Positions 40,384 through 50,393 of a stretch of DNA of 64,000 nt are shown here, one piece after another. Both the position numbers and the translations under genes were made by a program. Each line of letters begins with the position of its first letter. The first letter of the stretch is position 1. Source of the DNA: an uncultured Acidimicrobiales bacterium (GTDB taxonomy: Bacteria > Actinomycetota > Acidimicrobiia > Acidimicrobiales > UBA10347); assembly GCA_943788915.1 (NCBI GenBank), contig CALSSD010000006.1:62001-126000 (forward strand), in the 5' to 3' direction. The notes under the pieces are model-generated. The model was not told the DNA's origin. It searched no databases and saw nothing but the letters and a program-made list of their open reading frames with translations.

Positions 40384-40482
40384 TTATTTGCCGCGCTGGC
40401 GCTGTGCTCGCGTGCGCTTGAGCATCTTGCGGTGCTTCTTCTTACGCATGCGCTTGCGGCGCTTCTTTACAAGTGATCCCAT
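40384..40482 (-). CDS. 30S ribosomal protein bS22 (AURKAIP1/COX24 domain), 32 aa, not in ORF track
   Basis: MGSLVKKRRKRMRKKKHRKMLKRTRAQRQRGK read from the minus strand. Confidence 0.92.
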   Translation of the reverse strand: MGSLVKKRRKRMRKKKHRKMLKRTRAQRQRGK

Positions 40483-40635
40483 AGCGGGCTAGACACTATC
40501 TGCCCAGGCTTACTTCGCGTCGCCGTTCTTTGGGTTCCACACAACTCATGTGAGAAATCTTCTGGTCCCTGCCTGACCGGGAATGTTGGGAAAGAGCAGC
40601 GAGGCTCCGTTCGGGGAGATATCGTACTTCCTTGA

Positions 40636-40708
40636 TGGCCCTTAGTTCAGTTGGAAGAACGCCTGTTTTTGGTACAGGAGGTCGCAGGTTCGAACCCTGC
40701 AGGGCCAG
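40636..40708 (+). tRNA. tRNA-Gln(TTG)
   Basis: Acceptor TGGCCCT/AGGGCCA (U1-A72), D arm GTTC/GAAC, anticodon arm CCTGT-TTTTGGT-ACAGG, T arm GCAGG-TTCGAAC-CCTGC; CCA not encoded. Confidence 0.95.
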
Positions 40709-40843
40709 CTCATCACTTTTTCCGTCGGTCGTTGTCTCACCGATCATCATCTCACCGATAACTGTTCCGTCACTGTTGGTAGAGAGCGACACCGAAACGG
40801 TGAAGCTTCGAAACGGTGAAGCTTCGATCATGACTGCTCGATC

Positions 40844-41887
40844 ATGACGCTGAGTGCGATCGTCTTGGCTGCTGGCAAGGGCACTCGGATGAAAAGTGAT
40901 CTGCCCAAGCCGCTCCACACCGTGCGAGGTCGCTCGCTTCTTGGCTGGGTAATCCATGCACTCGAAGGTGCAGATCTTGAGAGTGTCGCGGTTGTTGTCG
41001 GCCATGGCCGCGAGTTGGTCGTCGAGTCGCTAGATGCGACCTTCGATCGTCACTTCTTGTATGCCGAACAGCTCTCGCAGCGCGGCACCGGCGATGCAGC
41101 TGCGGTAGGTCTGGCTGAGCTTGATCTGTTTGACAACAGTTTTAGCGAAAATGATCATGTGCTGATCGTGCCTGGTGATACGCCGTTGCTCACCAATGCC
41201 ACAATCGCTGCATTGGTCGAGAGCCACCTCGCCAGCGGCGCCGCCGCAACGGTTGTCACCGCAGTGCTCGATGATCCTGCGGGTTACGGGCGGGTGTTGC
41301 GGTCCGACAACGGGGGAGTGACAGCGATCGTCGAAGATCGCGATGCCACACCGGAACAACGAACTATTCGTGAGATCAACGGTGGCATGTACTGCTTCCG
41401 ACGTTCGTTACTTGCGCCTGCACTTCGGATGATCTCGAGCAACAATGCCCAGGGTGAGATGTACCTGACCGATGCGATCGGCGTTCTCGTCGAAGCCGGA
41501 CACCCGGTTAATGCATTCATCGCCGATCCGGTTGAAATCAGCGGCGTGAACGACCGGTCACAGCTGGGCTACGCAGGGGAACACCTGGGGGCTCGGATCG
41601 CCGACACCCACATGCGCAATGGCGTTACGATCGTGCAGCCATCCTCCACCGTGATCGACGCAACGGTCGTGATCGAACCCGATGTCACGGTGCATGCTGC
41701 CACGACCCTCCAGGGGGCGACCACGGTAGAGACTGGCGCTGTTGTTGGGCCGAATTCTTACCTCGTCGACGCCACGATCAAATCCGGGGCCCGTGTTGTG
41801 AGTTCGATGGTTACCGGCGCCACGGTGCAAGCAGGAAAGTCGGTTGGGCCATTCGAACATCGTTGCGCAGATGGTGACAATAATTGA
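40844..41887 (+). CDS. glmU: GlmU homologue with uridyltransferase domain and only a partial beta-helix (C-terminally short)
   Basis: LAAGKGTRMKSDLPKPLH, GTGDA, GYGRV, NNAQGEMYLTD, GVNDR; ends shortly after VGPF at 347 aa. Confidence 0.88.
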   Translation: MTLSAIVLAAGKGTRMKSDLPKPLHTVRGRSLLGWVIHALEGADLESVAVVVGHGRELVVESLDATFDRHFLYAEQLSQRGTGDAAAVGLAELDLFDNSFSENDHVLIVPGDTPLLTNATIAALVESHLASGAAATVVTAVLDDPAGYGRVLRSDNGGVTAIVEDRDATPEQRTIREINGGMYCFRRSLLAPALRMISSNNAQGEMYLTDAIGVLVEAGHPVNAFIADPVEISGVNDRSQLGYAGEHLGARIADTHMRNGVTIVQPSSTVIDATVVIEPDVTVHAATTLQGATTVETGAVVGPNSYLVDATIKSGARVVSSMVTGATVQAGKSVGPFEHRCADGDNN

Positions 41888-41968
41888 CCGTGTGGTCACC
41901 CCGCTAAGCGTGAGCACCAACTAGGTTCGCTGACTCGCGGCGAGAGCCATCACTGTGGAGAATCCACC

Positions 41969-42943
41969 ATGGAACTATCAGCCAAGAAACGCCTCCTTCT
42001 GATCAGTGGCCGGGCCCATCCAGAGCTGGCCGAGGAAGTCGCAGCGTTACTTGAGGTCGATTTGATCGACGCCAACCTGTCCGATTTCGCGAACGGAGAG
42101 ATCTACTGCAAGTTCGCCGAGTCGGTGCGCGGCGGCGATGTCTTCATCCTTCAAACCCATACCGGCACCGCTGACATGTCGATCAACGATGCGATCATGG
42201 AACACCTCATCATGGTCGACGCTGCCGAGCGAGCATCGGCGAAACGCACAACGGTTGTCGCTCCGTTCTATGGGTATGCCCGCCAAGACCGCAAGGCGTC
42301 AGGGCGAGAGCCAATCACCGCGAAACTTGTTGCTGACCAGTTCCGAGTTGCCGGCGCATCCCGCATGGTGAGCGTCGACCTGCACTCGAACCAGCTGCAA
42401 GGTTTCTTCGAAGGGCCTTGGGATCACTTAGTTGCCATGCCGGTGTTGTGTGATGCGCTTGGAAAACTGGCCGACGACCTCGTCGTGGTATCACCCGATG
42501 CCGGACGGGTGAAGGTGGCCGAGCGTTATGCCCAGAGGCTCGACGCTGACCTCGCAATCGTGCACAAACGTCGGCTTCCGAATCAGAAGAATGCTGTGGA
42601 GGCCAAAGACGTCGTGGGTGATGTCGATGGCAAACCCTGCGTGTTGATCGATGACATGATCGACACAGGTGGCACCATCGTTGCGGCAGCCGAGTTGCTG
42701 AAAGAAAAGGGTGCAAGCAAGGTGATCGCGGCAACAACCCACGGTGTGTTCAGTGGCCCTGCCATCGAGCGGCTCGAGAACTCATGCATCGAAAAAGTCG
42801 TTGTGACGAACACGCTGCCGCTGACCCGCACGATCGACAAGATGGAAGTCGTTTCCATCGCTCCTCTTATCGCCGCTGCCATACGTGGCATCTTCGAAGA
42901 TACGTCCGTCAGTGAGATCTTTGGCGGAGGCAACTACAACTAG
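41969..42943 (+). CDS. prs: ribose-phosphate pyrophosphokinase
   Basis: FANGE, YGYARQDRK, DLHS, VSPDAG, DDMIDTGGT. Confidence 0.97.
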   Translation: MELSAKKRLLLISGRAHPELAEEVAALLEVDLIDANLSDFANGEIYCKFAESVRGGDVFILQTHTGTADMSINDAIMEHLIMVDAAERASAKRTTVVAPFYGYARQDRKASGREPITAKLVADQFRVAGASRMVSVDLHSNQLQGFFEGPWDHLVAMPVLCDALGKLADDLVVVSPDAGRVKVAERYAQRLDADLAIVHKRRLPNQKNAVEAKDVVGDVDGKPCVLIDDMIDTGGTIVAAAELLKEKGASKVIAATTHGVFSGPAIERLENSCIEKVVVTNTLPLTRTIDKMEVVSIAPLIAAAIRGIFEDTSVSEIFGGGNYN

Positions 42944-43072
42944 TTGCAGCCGGTCGTCACCGCTGTCTCAGAATTTGTGGCGAAAGCCCGTTCAAATCAA
43001 GCCCAACCGGGCGGTAATGCCACCCCAGGGCGTTACGCTAATCAAGCTTAAGAATCGCCAACGAGGTTTGTG

Positions 43073-43726
43073 ATGTCTCAACAAGTTGCTCTAAATGCCG
43101 TAACCGGTCGTGAAATCGGGTCGAGTTCATCTCGCCGACTTCGCCGCGAAGGCCGTATACCGGCCGTCGTGTATGGCCTCGAGAGCGAGCCGGTCTCTGT
43201 ATCGGTTAACTACTCCGAGGCTCGGACTGCGCTGAGCGGTAGCGCCGGACTCAACGCATTGCTGAATCTCACCATTGATGGTGCCGATCAGCTGTGTTTG
43301 GTCAAGGACATCCAGCGCCATGTGGTGCGCGATGAGGTCAGCCATATCGACTTCATTCGGGTTGACCCCAATGCGAACTTCGAGCTTGAAGTCCCACTGA
43401 TTCTTATCGGTGAGTCCAAAGCCGTTGCCAACGTGAGCGGCATGGTCGATCAGGCGCTGTTCTCGGTTGTGATCAGCACCAAGCCAACTTCGATTCCTAA
43501 CGAGATCGAAGTCGACATCTCAGACATGGAAGTCGGTGACAGCATTCGTGTTGAAGACCTCAAACTTCCTGAAGGTGTCGAGGCCGCGATGAGCGCTGAA
43601 ACCACGGTTGCGACCGCAGTCGTGACTCGTTCCACGCTCGAAGCAATGCGTGCAGATGATGCAGCCGAAGCAGCCGAAAGCGAAGAGGGTGCAGCCGCAC
43701 CTGCTGGCGACTCCAGCGACGATTAA
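43073..43726 (+). CDS. rplY: 50S ribosomal protein bL25 / Ctc
   Basis: RRLRREGRIPAVVYG, KDIQRH, HIDF, acidic tail. Confidence 0.95.
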   Translation: MSQQVALNAVTGREIGSSSSRRLRREGRIPAVVYGLESEPVSVSVNYSEARTALSGSAGLNALLNLTIDGADQLCLVKDIQRHVVRDEVSHIDFIRVDPNANFELEVPLILIGESKAVANVSGMVDQALFSVVISTKPTSIPNEIEVDISDMEVGDSIRVEDLKLPEGVEAAMSAETTVATAVVTRSTLEAMRADDAAEAAESEEGAAAPAGDSSDD

Positions 43727-43731
43727 GAGCG

Positions 43732-44346
43732 TTGGCGCTCCGCCGCAAGCTCAAGCAAGAACCACGTCGAGGTACGCCGGCTGACCTGTTGGTCGTCGGC
43801 CTCGGCAACCCCGGAAACCAATACGAAGGCACCCGCCACAATATTGGGGTCGAGGTCGTTCACGAACTGGTTGAGCGCTACGGCGGCAAACTAAAGACAT
43901 CTCGCGAGGCTGCCCACACCGACGAACTACGTGTCGGCAAACATCGTGTCGCGGTTGCTTTTCCGCAGACGTTCATGAATCGCAGTGGTGAATCGGTTCG
44001 TCTGCTGATACGTCGATACGGCATTGAGGACATGGAACGTCTCGTGGTGGTGCACGATGAGCTTGACCTTGAACCTGGCCGATTTAAGGTCAAGGTCGGC
44101 GGTGGGCTCGCTGGTCACAACGGGCTCAAGTCGATTCGTGATCATGTGCACTCAACTGACTTTGTTCGTCTGCGCATCGGCGTCGGTAAGGCCCCTGGCC
44201 GTATGCAAGGCGCCGACTGGGTTCTCAAGCGGCCCGGCAAAGAGGATCGTCAACTGCTCGACGAAATCGTGGAAACGGCTGCCGACGCCGCCGAAATGTT
44301 GCTTGTCGAACCTGCGGTTGCCGTGATGAACCGCTTCAACACGTAG
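43732..44346 (+). CDS. pth: peptidyl-tRNA hydrolase
   Basis: VVGLGNPG, TRHNIG, TFMNRSG, HDELD, GHNGLKS. Confidence 0.96.
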   Translation: MALRRKLKQEPRRGTPADLLVVGLGNPGNQYEGTRHNIGVEVVHELVERYGGKLKTSREAAHTDELRVGKHRVAVAFPQTFMNRSGESVRLLIRRYGIEDMERLVVVHDELDLEPGRFKVKVGGGLAGHNGLKSIRDHVHSTDFVRLRIGVGKAPGRMQGADWVLKRPGKEDRQLLDEIVETAADAAEMLLVEPAVAVMNRFNT

Positions 44347-44360
44347 GAAACCGAACGACC

Positions 44361-47300
44361 GTGGCATTACGCGAGCTCACAGCACGCCTTTCCGACGACC
44401 CTGCTCTCAGCGCGTCACTTGGAAAGAAACACGCCGACCTGGCGGTCGCCGAGGCTGCACAACCGATGGTGCTCGCTGCGATTGCTGGATTCGGTGATCG
44501 CCGGCCGATTGTGGTCGTCACTGCCACCACCAACGCAGCCGAACGGCTGGCCAGCGATCTCGAAACCTGGCTCGGCGCCGAACATGCACAGGTCTTCCCC
44601 GCATGGGAGACGCTCCCGTTCGAACGAGTAAGCCCAGCCGTTGAAACGATGGGCCGCCGTACGCAACTGCTGTGGCAACTCCGCAATGGATCTTCGCCCA
44701 AGGTCCTGGTCGTGCCGATCCGAGCCTTGTTGCAACGTTTGTCTCCCTCACACCGAGCGATTGAGCCGCTGCATGTTGCCCAGGGTGATCAACTGGAGAT
44801 GGACGACTTCATCACCAAGCTGGTCAACATCGGGTATCGGCGAGACAGCCAGGTGGAACATCGCGGCGACGTTGCCGTGCGTGGCTCCATTATCGATGTG
44901 TACCCCTCGACTGGATCCGCTCCGATTCGTATCGATCTCTGGGGCGACGAAGTCGACCGCCTCACCGAGTTCGCGGTCGCAGATCAGCGGTCAACAGATC
45001 CCGTTGCGAGCATCGATATCTTTCCGTGCCGCGAAATCATTCCGAATTCAGCCATGCGGGCCCGAGCCGAACAGCTCATGTCGGTGTCCCCCTGGGGTCG
45101 GGAACACTGGCAGCGATACGCCGATGGTCAATTCTTCGACGGGATGGAGTCGTGGTTGCCTTGGTTCGACGACAGCAACGATGTTGTTGGTGACCTGCTT
45201 GGCAACGATGCTCATGTCGTGCTCGTCGAACCACAGCGCCTGCGCCGTCGCGCCGAAGATCTCTTGGCTGAAGAAGCAGACCTGGCAGCGACATTGGCGA
45301 CAACATGGGGTGCCGTCGAGGCCTCGGACACAGGTCTTGCCAAGCTGCACACGGAATTCGACCGCGCTCTCTCCCAGACGACGTCTCCGATCTGGTCGCT
45401 GTCACCCCACGCGGTGAGCCCCGACGTCGCCACCGTTGATTCAAGCGGATGGGACCGGGCTATCGGTGAGGGGCGTGGCCCGATTCCGCAACTCCAGCGG
45501 TTGATCGCCGACGGCTACCGAGCGGTCGTGGCTGTTGACAGCCACGGGTCGATCAACCGCATTCATGGTTTGCTCGCCGAGCAAGGTCTTGACCTGTCGC
45601 TTGATCCCGATGCCCACTTCACTGATGGCCGAAGCGCCCATGTTGTGGTTGCGCCGCTGGTGCAGGGTTGTGTGCTGCCATCGCTGAAGCTGGCAATCCT
45701 GAGCGAACCAGAACTCACCGGGCGCCGCCGAGCTCACCGTAAACAACGCCAGCGTGTCCAACAATCCGCCGACCTCGAGGATCTCAAGCCTGGCAGCTAT
45801 GTGGTTCACCGCCAGCACGGCATTGCCAAGTACGGCGGCATGGAGACCCGAGCGATAGCAGGTGTCGACCGCGACTATCTGGTGCTCCAGTATCGGGGAA
45901 CTGACAGGCTGTATTTGCCGTCGGACCAGATCGATGCGATCCGCCATTACACCGGCGGCGACTCGCCGAGCCTCAGTCGTATGGGCGGCGCTGACTGGCA
46001 GAAGGCGAAAGGTAAAGCCCAGTCTGCGGTTGCCGAAGTAGCGCAGGAACTCGTGCTGCTTTATCAGCAGCGGGTTACGACGCCTGGGCACGCGTTCGGT
46101 CCAGATACGCCATGGCAAGCCGAGCTCGAGGCATCGTTCCCGTTTCAGGAGACACCGGATCAGCTCAAGGCGATTGACGAGGTCAAGGGCGACATGGAGC
46201 GGGCGCTGCCGATGGATCGCCTTATCTGTGGCGACGTTGGTTTCGGTAAAACCGAAGTTGCTCTTCGAGGTGCGTTCAAGGCGATCCAGGATGGCACGCA
46301 GGTTGCGGTGCTCGTGCCTACGACCCTGCTGGCACAACAGCACTACCAGACTTTCAGCGAACGTTTTGCCGCCTATCCAATTCGGGTCGAGGTGCTTAGC
46401 CGATTTCTGACGGCAGCTCAGGCCCGCAAAGTCACAGAAGATCTTGCCAAGGGCGAGGTCGATCTCGTGGTTGGCACCCACCGTTTATTGTCGAAAGACA
46501 TCAAGATTCCAAAACTTGGGTTGCTCGTGATCGACGAGGAACAACGTTTTGGCGTGAAACACAAGGAGTCGATTAAACAGCTCAAGGCTGCCGTCGACGT
46601 ACTCACGCTGAGCGCGACACCGATTCCACGCACACTCGAGTTGAGCCTGACCGGTATTCGGGACTTGACCTTGCTGCACACGCCTCCGGCTGATCGCCAG
46701 CCGATCCTGACCTATGTCGGCGAGTACGATGAACGAGCAGTGGCCGAGGCAATTCGGCGCGAGTTACTCCGCGAAGGCCAAGCGTTCTTCGTGCATAACC
46801 GGGTGCAAGATATTGAGCAGGTCGCCGATGAGCTCCGCTCCTTGGTGCCCGAAGCCCGAGTGGCAGTTGCGCACGGCCAAATGGACGAAGGTTCACTGGA
46901 GCAGGTTGTCTACGACTTCTGGGAGCAAGAGTACGACGTGCTCGTGTGCACGACCATCATCGAATCTGGCATCGATATGCCCAGTGTGAACACGCTGGTG
47001 GTGGACCGCGCGGACTTACTCGGCCTCGGCCAGATGCATCAGCTCCGAGGACGCGTCGGCCGATCGGGCCAGCGGGCCTACGCCTACCTTTTCCATCCGG
47101 CCGACAAGGTGCTGAGCGAAGATGCCTATGAGCGGCTGAAGACCGTTGGTGAAGCCACTGAGCTGGGATCGGGTTTCCGCATCGCAATGCGCGACTTAGA
47201 AATCCGCGGCGCAGGCAACCTCGTTGGCACTGGGCAGACCGGCCATATCGCCGCCGTGGGTTACGACCTGTACTGCCAACTGGTGACCGAGGCAGTAGCG

Positions 47301-47822
47301 GTGCTCAAGGGTGAAACCGTCGAGGTCTCCCCAGATGTCAAGATCGAAATTCCGACGCCAGCGAACCTTCCTGAGTCCTACGCACCCAAGGAAGCGATGC
47401 GGCTGATGGCGTACCGTCGGCTCTCCAATGTCACCACATTGGCCGAGGTCGCAGATGTCGCTGCAGAGTGGGAGGACCGGTTTGGCCCAATACCGCCGCC
47501 AGCCCAGATGCTGCTTGCCATCGCCAAGCTACGGGTCCTGGCGCTCGAGGCTGAAATCGAGGAGATCGTTGCGGTGAAAGGCCCAGGATTCGGTGGCCCT
47601 AAAGCGGTCGCTCGTATCCGACCGGTGAAGCTGGCGGCTAGCAAGGAGCTGCGGCTGTCGCGGCTGTATCCCAAGAGCAAGTATGACCCTGACATTGGGC
47701 TGCTCCAGCTCGCGGTGAGCTCTCGCTCCGAAGCAGTGCCTGAGACAATAGCGGCGCTGACCGATCTCGAGATCTTCCCGGCCGAGGCATCTCTGGCCGA
47801 GGCAGAGACAGCGTCGTCGTGA
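44361..47822 (+). CDS. mfd: transcription-repair coupling factor
   Basis: WETLPFE, CarD-like RID, GDVGFGKTEVA, DEEQRFG, SATPIPRT, QLRGRVGR. Confidence 0.97.
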   Translation: MALRELTARLSDDPALSASLGKKHADLAVAEAAQPMVLAAIAGFGDRRPIVVVTATTNAAERLASDLETWLGAEHAQVFPAWETLPFERVSPAVETMGRRTQLLWQLRNGSSPKVLVVPIRALLQRLSPSHRAIEPLHVAQGDQLEMDDFITKLVNIGYRRDSQVEHRGDVAVRGSIIDVYPSTGSAPIRIDLWGDEVDRLTEFAVADQRSTDPVASIDIFPCREIIPNSAMRARAEQLMSVSPWGREHWQRYADGQFFDGMESWLPWFDDSNDVVGDLLGNDAHVVLVEPQRLRRRAEDLLAEEADLAATLATTWGAVEASDTGLAKLHTEFDRALSQTTSPIWSLSPHAVSPDVATVDSSGWDRAIGEGRGPIPQLQRLIADGYRAVVAVDSHGSINRIHGLLAEQGLDLSLDPDAHFTDGRSAHVVVAPLVQGCVLPSLKLAILSEPELTGRRRAHRKQRQRVQQSADLEDLKPGSYVVHRQHGIAKYGGMETRAIAGVDRDYLVLQYRGTDRLYLPSDQIDAIRHYTGGDSPSLSRMGGADWQKAKGKAQSAVAEVAQELVLLYQQRVTTPGHAFGPDTPWQAELEASFPFQETPDQLKAIDEVKGDMERALPMDRLICGDVGFGKTEVALRGAFKAIQDGTQVAVLVPTTLLAQQHYQTFSERFAAYPIRVEVLSRFLTAAQARKVTEDLAKGEVDLVVGTHRLLSKDIKIPKLGLLVIDEEQRFGVKHKESIKQLKAAVDVLTLSATPIPRTLELSLTGIRDLTLLHTPPADRQPILTYVGEYDERAVAEAIRRELLREGQAFFVHNRVQDIEQVADELRSLVPEARVAVAHGQMDEGSLEQVVYDFWEQEYDVLVCTTIIESGIDMPSVNTLVVDRADLLGLGQMHQLRGRVGRSGQRAYAYLFHPADKVLSEDAYERLKTVGEATELGSGFRIAMRDLEIRGAGNLVGTGQTGHIAAVGYDLYCQLVTEAVAVLKGETVEVSPDVKIEIPTPANLPESYAPKEAMRLMAYRRLSNVTTLAEVADVAAEWEDRFGPIPPPAQMLLAIAKLRVLALEAEIEEIVAVKGPGFGGPKAVARIRPVKLAASKELRLSRLYPKSKYDPDIGLLQLAVSSRSEAVPETIAALTDLEIFPAEASLAEAETASS

Positions 47823-47917
47823 TGTCCAGCGGAGTCTGCTGCTGAATGAGCTATGACACTCATGCACAACGGATGAGCCGCCCTGCGTTGGGTGCTCGGA
47901 AGTGAGTCCTCATCGCG

Positions 47918-48961
47918 ATGGTTGTGGCCATGGTGGGTTTCATGAGTCCGGCAGCGGCGTGGGGGCAACATGCCCCTGCCGAAACCGTCACGGTTGTTAT
48001 GACCGACATGGCACCGTTCGTAGTGAATGACGACGGCCGTACCAAAGGTTTCTACGCCCAGATATGGCACGAGGTCGCCGCGAGTTTGGGTGTTGAGTAC
48101 GAGATCGTGTGGGTCGATACCTTCGCCGAGGTGCTCCCAGCGATCGCCGATGGACGCGCTGATGTTGCGGTTGCTGCGCTTGCGCCGACGGCCGAACGCG
48201 AAACGATCTATGACTTCAGTTCCGCGGTGGTGACATCGGGCCCCCAGCTTGGGTTCTCCGACCGCCTGGATTCGCGACCATCGTTGCTTCGTTCCATGTT
48301 CGCTCCTCGGGTGCTGGGATTGTTTGCGTTCGCTTTGTTCGGCTTATTGGTGTTGGCACACGCCATCTGGCTGTTCGAGCGCAACCGCCACCATGACGAC
48401 GGCGATTTTGATCACTCCTATGTCAAGGGCATCTGGGACGGGCTGTGGTGGTCAACGGTCACCGCGACCACGGTGGGGTATGGCGACAAATCGCCCAAGT
48501 CATTTGGCGGTCGACTGGTCGCACTTATTGCTATGTTGTCGAGCTTGGTGCTGGTAGCAGGATTCGTCTCCCAAGTCACCTCGATCATGGCGGAGGACCA
48601 AGACGGCCCAGGTATCGCGTGGCTCCAGGATGTTTCCGGGCCAGTTGGCGTGGTTGCTGGTTCGTCGTTTGCGGCCTTTGTAGAGTCTCAAGATGTGGCG
48701 ATTGTCGAGTTCGACACCCAGGCTGATGTGTTCAATGCAGCGGCAACTGGACTGGTCGATTTCGTTATCTCCAACCCGTTTGCACTGGCAGCGCTCGATA
48801 CCAGCTATGGCATCACCGCGGTTGATGGCGTGTTGTACGAAGAGTTCGAGACGTTTGGGTTAGTTCAGGGTTCGCTGTGGCGCGAACCAATCAATCAGGC
48901 TCTGGCGGATCTGCAATCGTCTGGTGAGATTGCAGAGATCATCAAAGACGGACTCAACTAG
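47918..48961 (+). CDS. substrate-binding domain / potassium-channel fusion (GluR0-like ligand-gated channel)
   Basis: Signal-like N-terminus, PBP lobe 1, TM, WWSTVTATTVGYGDK pore, TM, PBP lobe 2. Confidence 0.85.
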   Translation: MVVAMVGFMSPAAAWGQHAPAETVTVVMTDMAPFVVNDDGRTKGFYAQIWHEVAASLGVEYEIVWVDTFAEVLPAIADGRADVAVAALAPTAERETIYDFSSAVVTSGPQLGFSDRLDSRPSLLRSMFAPRVLGLFAFALFGLLVLAHAIWLFERNRHHDDGDFDHSYVKGIWDGLWWSTVTATTVGYGDKSPKSFGGRLVALIAMLSSLVLVAGFVSQVTSIMAEDQDGPGIAWLQDVSGPVGVVAGSSFAAFVESQDVAIVEFDTQADVFNAAATGLVDFVISNPFALAALDTSYGITAVDGVLYEEFETFGLVQGSLWREPINQALADLQSSGEIAEIIKDGLN

Positions 48962-48967
48962 CGGTTC

Positions 48968-50185
48968 CTACAGGTTGAGTCCTGTGGGGAACGTGACCGG
49001 CAGATAACGAGGTCCACGAACCTGGCCGCCGGCCCACGTCACGGCTTCGGGATCTTCGAGCTCGAATTCGGGGACCATGGCGAGAAACTCAGCGATGGCG
49101 ACCTGCATCTCCAATCGAGCCAGGTTGGAGCCGGCACACCGATGGACACCGGAACCGAACGCTATGTGCCGGTTGATTTGGCGGTCGATGATGACCTCGT
49201 CGGGATGCTCGAATGCGGCTGGGTCCCGGTTCGCAGCTGGGAACGACAAGACGACACGTTCGCCTTCTTTGACCTCACGATCGCCGAGCATGGTGTCTTG
49301 GGTCGCGACTCGGGCCATGGTGACAGGGGAGTAGGCCCGAAGGAATTCTTCGACTGCAGTTGGGATCAACTCAGGGTCCTGGACAAGTCGGCGACGATCT
49401 TCGGGGTGGCTTGCAAGGTGCCATAGGGCTGACCCAATGGAGCTCCACGTCGTGTCGATACCGGCGATCAACATAAGTGCAACATTGCCACGGATCACGT
49501 GCATAGGCACTGGTTCTCCATCGATTTCGGCCCCAAGTAGGAAGGAGATCAGATCATCGCCAGGATTGTCGATGCGATCCTTGATCTCGTCGACGAAGAA
49601 GTTCCGAATGATCTCGGCGTAATGTTCTCGGACTGCTTCGTCTTGAAGACCTAGCTCAAGCACACCTTGCACCCATGTCGTGAATTCGTCGGCCATTTCG
49701 GGATCGATTCCCAAGATCCGAGCGATTATGCGGGGCGGGATCTGACGCGCGTAATCGCCAGCGACATCGGCGCGCCCATCTTCGATGAACTCGCGAATGA
49801 GCGTGCGGCACAGCTCTTGGGTGTGTTCGCGGTATTTCTCGACTGCCTTTGGGGCGAAGAACGGCAACATGAGTCGGCGTTCGGGCGTGTGGTCTGGTGC
49901 ATCGGAGGTGATGATTGATCGCAGTCGATTACCTTGATCGTCGAACGACGTGGGCGTCGGGGTGACGCTGACAGAGAACGACGAAAAGTTCTCGGTGTCA
50001 CCTGCGACCTGACGAACCGCTTCAAACGTTGTCGGCATGTAGGAGACCTGTCGCCGTTCGGTTCGAGCAAAGGGGCATCCCTGCTCTCGTAGATCCTTCC
50101 AAATTGGGTATGGGTTGTGTACGAACGCGTCATCGAAGATCTCGAAATCTTCGGCCCAATCAAGTACTGGCTCGATATCGGTCAT
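48968..50185 (-). CDS. cytochrome P450
   Basis: AGIDTT I-helix, EEFLR (ExxR), HIAFGSGVHRCAG heme motif. Confidence 0.95.
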   Translation of the reverse strand: MTDIEPVLDWAEDFEIFDDAFVHNPYPIWKDLREQGCPFARTERRQVSYMPTTFEAVRQVAGDTENFSSFSVSVTPTPTSFDDQGNRLRSIITSDAPDHTPERRLMLPFFAPKAVEKYREHTQELCRTLIREFIEDGRADVAGDYARQIPPRIIARILGIDPEMADEFTTWVQGVLELGLQDEAVREHYAEIIRNFFVDEIKDRIDNPGDDLISFLLGAEIDGEPVPMHVIRGNVALMLIAGIDTTWSSIGSALWHLASHPEDRRRLVQDPELIPTAVEEFLRAYSPVTMARVATQDTMLGDREVKEGERVVLSFPAANRDPAAFEHPDEVIIDRQINRHIAFGSGVHRCAGSNLARLEMQVAIAEFLAMVPEFELEDPEAVTWAGGQVRGPRYLPVTFPTGLNL

Positions 50186-50393
50186 GGCGCCCCCCGGCGT
50201 GTTGTCAGTCGCACCGTAGCCGGGATGCCGGGTGCAGATCTGAAATCGGTTGCGCACCATGGGCGATACGGCGGTGTCAATAACGAGGCGTGCGAGAAAT
50301 GTGTGGAAAATGCTCTCATCGATAATGGGTCTCGCTTCAGAGTTCGCCTATCAGTAGTGCCGACCCGCTGGCAGGAGCAGGCATGATGGACCG

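Noticed and set aside
40636..40708. tRNA-Pro(TGG) assignment
   Set aside because: The 7-nt loop TTTTGGT centres on TTG, and the U1-A72 pair fits tRNA-Gln
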